NCBI RefSeq assembly: GCF_965229225.1
Contig: NZ_OZ245867.1
Span: 330,298 to 394,297, forward strand
Length of the DNA: 64,000 nucleotides
Reading direction: 5' to 3'
DNA from: Novosphingobium sp.
Lineage (GTDB): Bacteria > Pseudomonadota > Alphaproteobacteria > Sphingomonadales > Sphingomonadaceae
The notes below the pieces were generated by a model. It was given only the letters and a program-made list of their open reading frames with translations. It had not been told where the DNA came from and searched no databases. Both the position numbers and the translations under genes were made by a program. This document shows, in pieces, positions 1-10,200 of this stretch. The number at the start of each line of letters is the position of its first letter. Positions within the stretch are counted from its first letter, which is position 1.

Positions 1-75
1 TGGCTCCCTGAGTAGGATTCGAACCTACGACCACTCGATTAACAGTCGAGAGCTCTACCGCTGAGCTATCAGGGA
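1..75 (-). tRNA. tRNA-Asn (anticodon GTT)
   Basis: Reverse complement reads TCCCTGA-TAGCTCAGCGGTAGAGC-...CTCGA CTGTTAA TCGAG...GGTTCGAATCC...TCAGGGA-G-CCA. It has a 7-bp acceptor stem, canonical D and T loops, and anticodon loop CTGTTAA. The encoded CCA lies at the window edge. Confidence 0.9.
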
Positions 76-165
76 CCAGACCCGGATGCCCGGGGCAGGT
101 GCGCGCTAATAGCAGGCGTTTCGGGTTTGGCAAGCGCCAGATTGCCCAAAAATCGTCATGGAAAT

Positions 166-945
166 TCAGACCAGAAACTGTTCGGCGAAAATCCGCTCGT
201 CCAGGCTCCTGCCTTTGTCGAACAAGAGCGTGAGCCGGTGTTCTCGCGCGGCACTCACGCGCACTTCACTGATGTCGCGCACTTCCTTCTGGTCCGCCAC
301 CACGGAGACCGGCCGCTTTGCCGCCTCGAGGGAGCGGAACAGAATCTGGCAGCTTTCCGGCAGGATCGCTCCGCGCCAGCGGCGGGGGCGGAACGGGCTG
401 ATCGGGGTGAGCGCCAGCATCGCGCTGCCGAGCGGCAGGATCGGTCCGTTGGCCGATAGGTTATAGGCCGTGGAACCCGCCGGCGTCGCCACCAGCACGC
501 CGTCGCACGAAAGTTCGGGCATCCGCACCTTGCCGTTGACCGAAACTTCGAGCTTCGCCGTCTGGCGCGTTTCGCGCAGCAGTGAGACTTCATTGATCGC
601 CCAGGAAGAATAGGTCTCCCCCGTCTGCGTGATCGCCTCCATCCACAGCGGCGCAACCGCGACGCCGCGCGCCTTGGCGACGCGTTCGGCGATGGGACGG
701 GAAGCCTTTTGGCGGTTCATCAGGAAGCCGACCGTGCCGAGATTGAGCCCATAGGCGGGGATCACGCGGCCCGTATCCAGCATGTGATGCAAGGTCTGCA
801 GCATGAAGCCGTCACCGCCGAGCACGACGGCAATATCTGCCTCTTCAAGCGGCACCCAGTCATGCGACGCGACAAGGGCTGCCTCAGCCTCCTGCGCGCG
901 GTCGGTGGGGGAGGCGAGCAGAGCCAGCCGGGGGCTATCGGGCAT
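166..945 (-). CDS. nadK: NAD kinase
   Basis: 259-aa ORF with the GGDGF motif (VVLGGDGFMLQTLH), NLGTVGFLMN and TPAGSTAYNLSANGPI, all typical of the PpnK/NadK family. Confidence 0.9.
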   Translation of the reverse strand: MPDSPRLALLASPTDRAQEAEAALVASHDWVPLEEADIAVVLGGDGFMLQTLHHMLDTGRVIPAYGLNLGTVGFLMNRQKASRPIAERVAKARGVAVAPLWMEAITQTGETYSSWAINEVSLLRETRQTAKLEVSVNGKVRMPELSCDGVLVATPAGSTAYNLSANGPILPLGSAMLALTPISPFRPRRWRGAILPESCQILFRSLEAAKRPVSVVADQKEVRDISEVRVSAAREHRLTLLFDKGRSLDERIFAEQFLV

Positions 946-1052
946 TGATCAAGGCTCTCCTCGGGTGCGGCGCTGATCTCAGCGTCCGCCGCGCACAGCG
1001 CGGCAATCTCTATCGACCGCGCAACTGATATGGAGCGACCCAAATCGGTGCA

Positions 1053-2396
1053 ATGCCAAATGGCACAGCAAGGATGATTTCGCCGCACCAATCGCCTAAG
1101 ACGGCGACGATGAACGGAACCATGCTACTTCCCGGCGATGATCGCGATGTCCTGACCGGCCTTCCCGGCCTAGAAACTGCGGCACTTTGGCTCGATGGCG
1201 CGGGGGACACCGGCTTCGTTCAGGCGATGATGGTAAGCTTGCAGCGCATGCCGGCGGTTAACCTTGCCTATGGCATGGCTGGCGGCGACCGCGTGCTGGT
1301 CGAGGTCGCGCGGCGGCTGAGGGATTTCGTGGCGGACGAGCTCGGCCCGAAGGCCATGGTGGCGCGCGCCGCAGGCGGAGCGTTTCTCGTCGCTTCTTGC
1401 GCAGCGCTTAGCCGCGAGCGCTGGCAGTGGCTGGCCGAAGCGCTGGGGCGCGCCATTGCGCGGCCGCTGATGGTCGATGGCGAGCGGCTGAGCCTTGCCC
1501 CCCGCATGGCGCTGCTGCGCGGCCGGCCGGGTGAGGCGGGCGCCGCACTGCTGGACCGGCTCGATCAGGTTTCGGGTGATCTCCAGCGCCGCAGCGGACG
1601 GCGCGTGCTTTGGGCGGACGGCAGCCATCCGGCCCGCGGGCGCAGCGCGGCCAGCCTCGAGGGCGATCTCCTCGGCGCGCTTCACCGCGACGAGATTGCG
1701 GTGCTGTTCCAGCCGCAGTTCAGCGTGGCCACCGGCGCGCTGGCGGGGGCGGAAGCGCTGGCGCGGTGGGAGCATCCCGGCTTTGGCCGCATCTGTGCCG
1801 AAACCCTATTCGCCGTGGCGGACCGGGGCGACCACGTGGCGCAGCTTTCGCGCCATATCGGCAAGCGCGCACTGGCCATGGCGGCCAGCTGGCCAACCCC
1901 GCTCCGGCTCTCGCTCAACGTCACGGCGGAAGACTTTGCCGTGGGCGACTTCGCGGCGAGCCTCAAGGCGGCGCTGGAGGCCAGCGCATTTCCTGCCGAA
2001 CGCCTGACGATCGAGATCACCGAGCAGACGCTGATCACCGACTTCGAGGCCTGCGCCGCAGCGCTGCGCGAGCTCGCCGCGCTGGGGGTGAGCGTGGCGC
2101 TGGATGATTTCGGGACGGGGTTCTCCAATTTCCGCGCGCTGAAGGCACTCCCGCTCGATGCTCTCAAGCTCGACCGCTCTCTGGTGGTGGATATCGAGCA
2201 AGACCCGCGCGACCGGGCAATTCTTGCGGCTATGGTGGCGATGTCGCGCGCGCTCGGCCTCAAGGTGATTGCTGAAGGGGTCGAGACAGCGGGGCAGCTC
2301 GCGATCCTGCAGGACGAGGGCTGCGACCTGTTTCAGGGCTTCCTGCGGTCCGGTCCGATCTCTGCCGAGCAATTCGCTGCGATGGCGGTCGCCTGA
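1053..2396 (+). CDS. Signalling protein with a degenerate GGDEF domain and an EAL phosphodiesterase domain
   Basis: The N-terminus has DVLTGLPGLE, and AGGAF replaces GGDEF. The C-terminus has EAL-domain motifs (EALARWEHP, DDFGTGFSNFRALKALPLDALKLDRSLV, IAEGVET, QGF). The true start may be an internal Met at about 1074 or 1110. Confidence 0.8.
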   Translation: MPNGTARMISPHQSPKTATMNGTMLLPGDDRDVLTGLPGLETAALWLDGAGDTGFVQAMMVSLQRMPAVNLAYGMAGGDRVLVEVARRLRDFVADELGPKAMVARAAGGAFLVASCAALSRERWQWLAEALGRAIARPLMVDGERLSLAPRMALLRGRPGEAGAALLDRLDQVSGDLQRRSGRRVLWADGSHPARGRSAASLEGDLLGALHRDEIAVLFQPQFSVATGALAGAEALARWEHPGFGRICAETLFAVADRGDHVAQLSRHIGKRALAMAASWPTPLRLSLNVTAEDFAVGDFAASLKAALEASAFPAERLTIEITEQTLITDFEACAAALRELAALGVSVALDDFGTGFSNFRALKALPLDALKLDRSLVVDIEQDPRDRAILAAMVAMSRALGLKVIAEGVETAGQLAILQDEGCDLFQGFLRSGPISAEQFAAMAVA

Positions 2397-2405
2397 CCCG
2401 ACCAG

Positions 2406-3557
2406 TTACTCGTCCTGATCGGGCGGGCGCTTGGCCCAGAACGTGCCGGTTTCGCCCAGCTTGCGGCCATAAGCGAAGAGAGTGCGCATGACCTGGGTAT
2501 CGAAAAGGCCCTTTTCGGAGCGGGGGTAGTCCTTGTCGATGAAGCTGAGGTTGAAATCGACGCCGTGCTCCTTGGCGTAGAGGTAGCTGAGGTTCACCGT
2601 GCTCGCCATCGAGCGGCGCATGTTGAGCGTGATCGCCTGGCTCGCGATGGGCACGGTGCGCGGCTTCACAAGGTGGAATTCGCCGTTCAGCTTGTTGTTC
2701 ACGATCATGTAGATGTGCAGGCGATTGAGTGCCGTGGGCAGTTTCCCCGCGACGATCGCTTGATCAGGCAGGGTGAGGATCTGCGCGGTGGTGCCGCCAT
2801 CGACGTGCATTTCGCTGATTTCGCGCCCGTTCACCTCCGCCTTGATCATCACCGGCGCGAAGAAGGCGGGGATGGCCGAGGAGGCGAGGAGGACTTGCCG
2901 GAACAGGCCGTAGCGCCCCGGCGCCTTGCTGGCGGCAATCGCGCCCATGTTCCAGATGACCATGCGCTGCGCATCGAGATTGGCGGTGCCGACGAACAGC
3001 CGCCGCCCGCGCGCGTGCTCTGCGCCGATGCGGTCGATCAGGGCATCGGTCATCACTTCGCCGATCATCCGCGCGAGCGGCTTGGTGCTGGCGATGCTGG
3101 GGGAGAACGGGATCGCCAAGGGGAAGTGGTTCTTGTAGATATTCTTCGCCGAGATGGTGGTGAAGAGCGTTTCCAGCGTGGCATCCTGATCAGGGCCGAG
3201 GAAGGCGAAGGGCGCGATCAGCGCGCCGGTGCTGACACCGGTGACGACGGCAAATTCGGGCCGCGTGCCGGACTTGGTCCACCCGCCGAGCAGCCCCGCG
3301 CCGTACGCCCCGTTGTCCGATCCGCCGGAGAGCGCGAGCATCGAGCGTTCGCCGTTCGCGTCGCTATAGGCGGGCGCCATCAACCGCGCGGTGCCGGGTT
3401 CATCGCCCCAGAAGCGGGCACCTGGCATGCCGGTGATTGTTGCCTCGGCCTGCTGGCGTTCGTTGAACGGCTCGCGGCTGATCGTGGCGCAGCCCGCCAG
3501 CGCGAGACTGATGCCCAGCAGCGCAGCCTTTGGCGCGGCCATCGTGTTGTTCCCCAA
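2406..3557 (-). CDS. Patatin-like phospholipase, probable lipoprotein
   Basis: Lipobox LALAGCA near the N-terminus, oxyanion GGSDNGAYGAG, nucleophile elbow GVSTGA (GxSxG) and catalytic DGG (MHVDGGT). Confidence 0.8.
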   Translation of the reverse strand: MGNNTMAAPKAALLGISLALAGCATISREPFNERQQAEATITGMPGARFWGDEPGTARLMAPAYSDANGERSMLALSGGSDNGAYGAGLLGGWTKSGTRPEFAVVTGVSTGALIAPFAFLGPDQDATLETLFTTISAKNIYKNHFPLAIPFSPSIASTKPLARMIGEVMTDALIDRIGAEHARGRRLFVGTANLDAQRMVIWNMGAIAASKAPGRYGLFRQVLLASSAIPAFFAPVMIKAEVNGREISEMHVDGGTTAQILTLPDQAIVAGKLPTALNRLHIYMIVNNKLNGEFHLVKPRTVPIASQAITLNMRRSMASTVNLSYLYAKEHGVDFNLSFIDKDYPRSEKGLFDTQVMRTLFAYGRKLGETGTFWAKRPPDQDE

Positions 3558-3773
3558 ACCCGTTACCCCTTGTTCGCGAACATGGCGGGAAAGTGTCCCG
3601 CGGCCTGCTGCGCGCCTTGGTGGCGGCGGCGAGGCGAGGTTCCTGGCTGCGCGCGAAAGCCGGGAACAAACGGGCGCTTAGCACAAGGCGGTGGAAACGG
3701 TGCACGCAATCGGATTGCGTCAGCTCCGGAAATCTGCCTCTCATCGAACAAGAGCACGAGGGAGGGACTGCGC

Positions 3774-4163
3774 ATGACCGTCAAAGTGATCAGCATGGAG
3801 CCCGATCCCCTGGCGCCCTATGCCATCTCGCCGGGGTGGCAGGTGGGGAACCTGCTGTTCCTTTCAGGGCAGGCGGCGATCAGCCCGGAGGGTGCGATTG
3901 TCGGCGTGGGCGATTTCGAGGCGCAACTGGCGCAGACTTTCGCCAATATCGACGCCGTGCTGGCAGCGGGCGGTAGCGACCGCAGCCGGATCGTGAAAGT
4001 GACGATCTACCTGACCGACATGGGCAACTTCCCAGCCATCGTGGAAGCGCGGCGCAAGTATTTCACGCCGCCTTGGCCGGCGGATACGATTGTGGAGGTG
4101 AAGGGGTTGGCGCTGCCGGAGCTGCTGGTGGAGATTGATGTGATCGCGGTAGTGACGGGTTGA
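3774..4163 (+). CDS. RidA/YjgF/L-PSP family reactive-intermediate deaminase
   Basis: Only the last 129 aa of track ORF 2565..4163 look real (MTVKVISMEPDP...LFLSGQAA...VKVTIYLTDM...EIDVIAVV). The ATG at 3774 is in frame and preceded by GGAGGGA. The upstream part is antisense to the patatin gene. Confidence 0.85.
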   Translation: MTVKVISMEPDPLAPYAISPGWQVGNLLFLSGQAAISPEGAIVGVGDFEAQLAQTFANIDAVLAAGGSDRSRIVKVTIYLTDMGNFPAIVEARRKYFTPPWPADTIVEVKGLALPELLVEIDVIAVVTG

Positions 4164-4190
4164 GGGGTTCTGGACGCGTTACCGTCCCGT

Positions 4191-5282
4191 TCATCCTCCT
4201 TCGGGGGAGGTTCGTTGCGACCGACGTTCGAGCGCTTTGCGATTGAGGAACCGGCGGGCGGGCCGTTCAATCGCCAGATACGAGATCGCGCCCATCCCGA
4301 CCGCCGCGAGGAGAAGCACGATCGAGGGAATGCGCCACCCGTAGCGCATGATCGGCTGCTGCCAGAGGTATAGCGAGTAGGACAGGATCCCGAAGCTTTG
4401 CAAGACGGGGTGGGCAAGGCACTTTTTGAAGCCGGCGGGGGATGTGTCCACACCGTTTACCGCAAGCGCCAGAAGCACTGGACCAAGGGTGTAGCGCAGG
4501 ATGTTGGGGCTGACAAAGAACAGCACCAGGCTGCAGCCCAGAACCCATGGAGACGCCGCGCCAAGAACACGAGCGACGCGCGGATCATCAAGGCTTTTCT
4601 CCTGTATCCAGAGGCGAAGCGCGGCGGAAAGCATGAGCGGGGCCGCGCTGACTTCGGTTCGCCAGTAGATCGCATGAACACCGTCCGGGTTGTTCAACCA
4701 TAGCGGGATGGCCCGGGCCAGCGAAGCGAAGGCAAGCGCCGTGAGCAGCCATTTGGCGGCGGCGCGGTTGCGTGAGCCGAAGAAGGCGATCATCGCCAGA
4801 ATGATATAGCAATGTTCCTCCACGCATAGCGACCAGAGATGCGCGAGATAGCGGGACTCCAGTCCGCCCCCGAGGGCTTGCGCATAGTTGATCGTGAAGG
4901 TCAGCGCAGCCAGATACTCCCACGGACGCATCACGACAAAGCCGCGCCAGGTGAACCAGATCACCGAATAGACGGCCATCACGTTCACGAAAACAATCAG
5001 TGTGGGCAGGATTCTGGCAGCTCTGCGCTGCAGGAACAGCGGCAGAGGCTGGCGCTGGACAAACAGGATATCGGCCATGAGCCGGCCGCTCAGCACGAAG
5101 AACAGGGTTACCCCGTATCCGCCGAGGACGAACAACGGCGGCAGGTAGACCGAAAGGAAGTGGCCGATCAGAACGGAGATAATCGCCAGGCCCCGCCATC
5201 CGTCGAGATAAAGGAGGCGCGGCGCTGCTTGGGAAGTGTCCCCGTGATCCTGATCCGCAAGGTACTGCGCCGGCCCCTGCAT
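4191..5282 (-). CDS. Acyltransferase family 3 integral membrane protein (O-acyltransferase type)
   Basis: 363 aa and multi-TM. The N-terminal LDGWRGLAIISVLIGHF signature and overall hydrophobic pattern fit the acyltransferase_3 family. Confidence 0.75.
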   Translation of the reverse strand: MQGPAQYLADQDHGDTSQAAPRLLYLDGWRGLAIISVLIGHFLSVYLPPLFVLGGYGVTLFFVLSGRLMADILFVQRQPLPLFLQRRAARILPTLIVFVNVMAVYSVIWFTWRGFVVMRPWEYLAALTFTINYAQALGGGLESRYLAHLWSLCVEEHCYIILAMIAFFGSRNRAAAKWLLTALAFASLARAIPLWLNNPDGVHAIYWRTEVSAAPLMLSAALRLWIQEKSLDDPRVARVLGAASPWVLGCSLVLFFVSPNILRYTLGPVLLALAVNGVDTSPAGFKKCLAHPVLQSFGILSYSLYLWQQPIMRYGWRIPSIVLLLAAVGMGAISYLAIERPARRFLNRKALERRSQRTSPEGG

Positions 5283-6191
5283 CCCGCTAAACCCTCTTTT
5301 CCGCGCGCGGCGCCATCACGCCAAGCTGCTCCGGCCCCATGTGGGACTTGGCCGGGTATCACCGTAACCCCCGATCTGGCTGACCGATATAGTCAACTTC
5401 CCGGCCATCGTGAAAGCGCAGCAGCGCTGTTCTGCGCTGCGCTGGCAGGGGGAGGCATGGGCTCAAGGTTCTGGCTTGAGGGGTTTGGGGATTTGGTAAA
5501 CTGTCACCGCCATCTCCCGTTGGGGGAGGTTCTGGGGCTGTTGGATTTGGCGGCGCGGGGCTGCGGCTGTTGGGCAGAGGGGTGATCGCGCGACCGGTGC
5601 GGCGCCTGCACTGGCGCTGCGGGGAGGGCGTCGTGTTCTGCATGGGGCGAGTGGCCGGACGGGCAGAGGCCATCCGGCACAGCCTTTGTGTCGATCATGA
5701 CCCGGGACCGGGGTAGCGGCTCGCTGGCGTACCGGTCTTTGCTCGCGCCCGGCTGATCGCGGGGCGGGAGCCATGATCCTGTGCTGGCGCGGTAGTTTGC
5801 CTGATCGAGGTCTTGGGGAAACCGCCCCACCTTGAACCCGCAGCCCGCACCGGTCGCGTGGGCCTTGCCTTGGGGGCAAGACCCGAAAGAGCGAAGGCAA
5901 GGCCGGCCAAGCCCGCTCCCGATCTGCGGGGGCATTTAGCCTATTTGGTTCGTTTTGTCAAGGGGGGAGGGTGCAGTTGGGGTTGGTGACCCTTGGGTGA
6001 TTGGGATGCGCCTCAAATTTCGATGGTTCCGTCGATGCTGCTAAATTCCGAACCTGTCTCTAACGCTATTCCCACGCCCTCGATTCGCCTCGTAAAAGCA
6101 GAGTAAATGCCTGAAATTTAGGGGTTGTTGCACCTGTCACCGTAACTCGCGTAATCCGTCGCCGTAATCCAGAAAGACAAGGGGGTGATTC

Positions 6192-6989
6192 ATGGGAGAT
6201 CTATCGGCGTTTATCCGACCGCAAAAGTCTATAGAAAGGGCAAAGCAGGCTCTTTATAACGCAAAAAAGACGTTCTTCGAGTTCATGGACGGTCAAAATA
6301 TTGAACCTATCCAAGTTTTTGATCAAAAAACGGGATATTATTGTTTAAAAACGGTCATAACTGGCCCGGTTCCTGATAACATTGAAGCTCAAATCAGCAG
6401 CGCAGTAACAACTACTAGACATGCATTTGATCAAATAATATTTTCAGCTTGTGAGGCGATAGGAAAGCCAACCAAGGGGTTATATTACCCTTGGGTCGAT
6501 GAAGAGCGCCTTCTGGCGGCGAAGTTGTTTAGCAATAAGCAAAACAAAGAAATCATACCAGCTGATTTGTGGGATGTTATAAGAGCACAAGAACCGTACC
6601 CACACAGCGATGACACGCAGCGCGGAAACACTCTCATCCGCAACATGGCAATTCTAGCAAATCGAAAGCACACGGTTGGTATTGAGATCGGTTGCTTTCC
6701 TGCCATCAACAAAACTGAAATCGAAGCTCATGGATACGTAAAGGAAATGATTTTTGGTACAGAAATGATAATTCGGTCGGAAAATTTAGAGTTTGAATTT
6801 TTAAGATGGAAAGGCCAATCAAAATTTAATTACAGATTCTCACCAATATTCCATATAATTTTTAATCAAGATGCACCGGGAGACCTTGGTGAGCGAACCG
6901 CAATGTTATGTGTGCAACGATTTATAGAAGCAGCGCAAAAGGCAATCGATGATTTCAGGCAAAGGGCAAAAGAATTAGCCGCCATCTAG
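6192..6989 (+). CDS. Hypothetical protein, orphan ORF in an AT-rich islet (no family recognised)
   Basis: Clean 265-aa ORF with ATG preceded by AAGGGGGTG at about -6. Codon usage is AT-rich in an otherwise GC-rich genome. No TM segment, signal peptide or motif that I can name. Confidence 0.6.
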   Translation: MGDLSAFIRPQKSIERAKQALYNAKKTFFEFMDGQNIEPIQVFDQKTGYYCLKTVITGPVPDNIEAQISSAVTTTRHAFDQIIFSACEAIGKPTKGLYYPWVDEERLLAAKLFSNKQNKEIIPADLWDVIRAQEPYPHSDDTQRGNTLIRNMAILANRKHTVGIEIGCFPAINKTEIEAHGYVKEMIFGTEMIIRSENLEFEFLRWKGQSKFNYRFSPIFHIIFNQDAPGDLGERTAMLCVQRFIEAAQKAIDDFRQRAKELAAI

Positions 6990-7072
6990 CTGCTTGTCTG
7001 CACCTGGGGTCGGCGTTGCGGTGACACGTGCAACGATACCGAAAGTCGAAAAGTGGAGGTATGCCGACTGAT

Positions 7073-7104
7073 CTGGATTCTCGCCTTCGCGGGAATGACG
7101 AAAG
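7073..7104. repeat. Copy of the dispersed CTGGATT...AATGACGAA REP-like motif
   Basis: The sequence ctggattctcgccttcgcgggaatgacgaaag shares the CTGGATT head and (C)GC..AATSACGAA tail with copies at 14430, 26064 and 35054. Its translation gives the RLRGNDE / FPRRRES pseudo-peptides seen in track ORFs 7028..7225 and 6955..7212. Confidence 0.5.
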
Positions 7105-7212
7105 TGGGGGAGGCTCGGGGAGGAATTCATGGGATGCAAGGGCTGTGGCCCTTGCCCGCCGGAGGCTTCTTTTTGCTTTAGGCCTCATGTTTTGGGCTTT
7201 CCCCTCTCCCAA

Positions 7213-7236
7213 CCCTCTCCCCTGAAGGGGAGAGGG
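7213..7236. terminator. Perfect 10-bp GC-rich hairpin just downstream of mfd, possible terminator
   Basis: ccctctcccc-tgaa-ggggagaggg followed by cttttg on the + strand. It lies 11 nt beyond the mfd stop codon on the - strand. There is no strong U-tract on the mfd side, so function is uncertain. Confidence 0.4.
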
Positions 7237-7246
7237 CTTTTGGGGG

Positions 7247-10200
7247 TCAGGCGCGTTTTCCGGCCCGTTTCGCGATTGCGCTGAGGCCCTTTGTCAGCTG
7301 CACCAGCCCGTTCAGCCGCGCTTCGGGGGTGCCCCATGCGCGATTGATGACCAGCTTGTTGTCGGGACGCAGTTTGGCGGTGCCTTTGAGGCGGTCGATG
7401 TAGGCGAAGAGGCCGGCGGGTTCGGGGAAGCTGTCGTTGTGGAACGAGACGAGCGTGCCCTTGGCGCCGACGTCGATCTTGGCGATGTGGGCGGCGATGG
7501 CCTGGCGTTTGATTTCGATGAGCTTGAGGAGGTTCTGCGTCGGGCCGGGGAGGGGGCCGAAGCGGTCGATCATTTCGGCGGCGAGGGCTTCGACGGCGTC
7601 GGCACCTTCGGCGTCGTTCATGCGGCGGTAGAGCGCCATGCGCACGGCGAGATCGGGGACGTAGTTTTCCGGGATCATGATCGGCGCATCGACGGTGATC
7701 TGCGGGCTCAGCGCGCTGCGTTCGCGCGCGAGGCCGATTTCGCCGGCCTTGGCGGCGACGATCGCGTCTTCGAGCATGGACTGGTAGAGTTCGAAGCCGA
7801 CTTCGCGGACGTGGCCGGACTGTTCGTCGCCCAGAAGGTTGCCCGCGCCGCGCAGATCGAGATCGTGGCTGGCGAGCTGGAACCCGGCGCCGAGAGAATC
7901 GAGATCGCTCAGCACCTTGAGGCGCTTTTCTGCGATTTCACTCAAGGCCTGGTTCTCGGGGTAGGTGAGGTAGGCATAGGCGCGCAGCTTGCCGCGCCCG
8001 ACGCGGCCGCGCAGCTGGTAGAGCTGGGCGAGGCCGAAGCGGTCTGCGCGGTGGAGCACGATGGTGTTGGCGCTGGGGATATCGAGGCCGCTCTCGACGA
8101 TGGTGGTCGAGAGGAGCACTTCGTAGCGCTTCTCGTAGAAGGCGCCCATGCGGTCTTCGACTTCGGTGGGGCTCATCTGGCCGTGCGCGGAGACGTAGCG
8201 GATCTCGGGCACGTTGAGGCGGAGCCATTCCTCCAGATCGGGCATATCGGCAATGCGGGGGACGACGATGAAGCTCTGCCCGCCGCGCTGGTGCTCGCGC
8301 ATCAGTGCCTCGCGCATGGTCACGTCGTCCCACGGCATGACGTAAGTGCGCACGGCGAGGCGGTCGACCGGCGGGGTCTGGATCGTGGAGAGTTCGCGCA
8401 GGCCCGACATCGCCATCTGCAAAGTGCGCGGGATGGGCGTGGCGGTGAGGGTGAGGACGTGGACGTCCGCCTTCAGTTCCTTGAGGCGCTCCTTGTGGAC
8501 GACGCCGAAGCGCTGCTCCTCATCGACGATGACGAGGCCGAGGCGCTTGAATTCGAGGCCTTTGGAAAGGAGCGCGTGGGTGCCGATGACGACATCGACG
8601 GTGCCGGCGGCGAGGCCTTCCTTGGTGGCGGCGGCTTCCTTGGCGGGCACGAGGCGGCTGAGGCGGCCGACTTCGAGCGGGAAGCCGGAAAAGCGTTCGA
8701 CAAAGGCGGTGTAGTGCTGGCGGGCGAGAAGCGTGGTGGGGGCGATGATCGCGACCTGCTTGCCGGCCATGGCGGCGACGAAGGCGGCGCGCAGGGCCAC
8801 CTCGGTCTTGCCGAAGCCGACATCGCCGCAGACGAGGCGGTCCATCGGCTTGCCGCTGGCGAGATCGCCGAGGACGTCCTCGATGGCGCGTTCCTGATCG
8901 TCGGTCTCGGCCCAGGGGAAGCGGTCGACGAAGGGGCCGTAGCTGGCGGGATCGGGGGCGAGGGTATCGGCTTCGCGCAGGGCCCGGAGAGCCGCCGTCT
9001 GCATCAGCTGGCCGGCGATTTCGAGGATGCGCTCGCGCATCTTCGCCTTGCGGCGCTGCCATGCCTCACCGCCGAGCTTGTCGAGCTGGATGCCCTCGCT
9101 GTCGTGGCCGTAGCGGGAGAGAACGTCGAGGTTTTCGACCGGGATGTAGAGCTTGTCGCCGCCGTGGTATTCGAGCTGGACGCAATCGTGCGGGCTATCG
9201 CCGACATCGACCGGCACGAGGCCGATGTAACGGCCGATGCCGTGCTCCATGTGGACGACGAGATCGCCGGTGCCGAGCGCGGCGAGTTCGGCGAGGAAGG
9301 CGTCGGCATCCTTGCGCTTGCGTTTGGGGCGCACGAGCCGGTCGCCGAGGATGTCCTGTTCGGTGAGGACTTCGACATCGCCGCTGGAGAAGCCCTGCTC
9401 CAAGGGGAGGACGACGGCGGCGGGCTTGCCGGTGGCGGCGGCGCCGAGGGCTTCCTGCCAGGTTTCGGCGAGGATGGGAGGCGCTTTGCCGGCATCGCCG
9501 AGGAGGGACGCGAGGCGGGAGCGGGAGCCGGTGGAATAGGCCGCGACGACCGCCTTGCGCCCACGCGTGGCGAGCGCGGCGAGGTGCTTGGCGGCGGCTT
9601 CGTAGATATTGGCGCCGGATGCGCGTTCGGGGGCGAAATCGCGCGGGGGGCCGAAGCCGAAATCGAGGACGCGGGCGCTCTCCGGCTCCGCGAACTGGGT
9701 CATGCGGTGGACGGGCCAGCCCATCAGGGCGCGGTCGAACTCGTCGCGGGCAAGGTAGAGCGCGGTTTCGGCGAGCGGGCGGTAGGTGGTGCTGCCGCCG
9801 CGCGCGCTGCTTTCGGCGCGGGCCTGGCGGTAGTCGGCGATATCGGCGAGCCGCTCCTCGGCGGCCTTGGCGGCGGCGGCATCGAGGAGGATGAGATCGC
9901 CGTCAGCGAGGTGATCGAAGAGCGTGACGAGACGGTCTTCGAGAAGCGGGAGCCAATGCTCCATGCCGGCGAGGCGGCGGCCGTCGCTGACCGCCTGATA
10001 GAGCGGATCGCCGGTGGCGTTGGCGCCGAACAATTCGCGGTAACGCGTGCGGAAGCGGCGGATCGAGTCTTCGTCGAGCAGGGCTTCGCTGGCGGGGAGC
10101 AGCAAGTGCGATTGGACGGGCTGGACCGAGCGCTGGGTGGCGGGATCGAACAGGCGCATCGTCTCGATCTCGTCGCCGAAGAAATCGAGGCGCAGGCCGT

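Noticed and set aside
2565-3773. Long N-terminal extension of the RidA ORF (the track gives 532 aa).
   Set aside because: The extension is antisense to the patatin gene and has no similarity to anything. RidA-family proteins are about 130 aa, and a good ATG with a Shine-Dalgarno sequence exists at 3774.
6955-7225. Two small ORFs (6955..7212 on the - strand, 7028..7225 on the + strand) containing RLRGNDE / FPRRRES peptides.
   Set aside because: These are translations of REP-like repeats and a GC hairpin, not genes.
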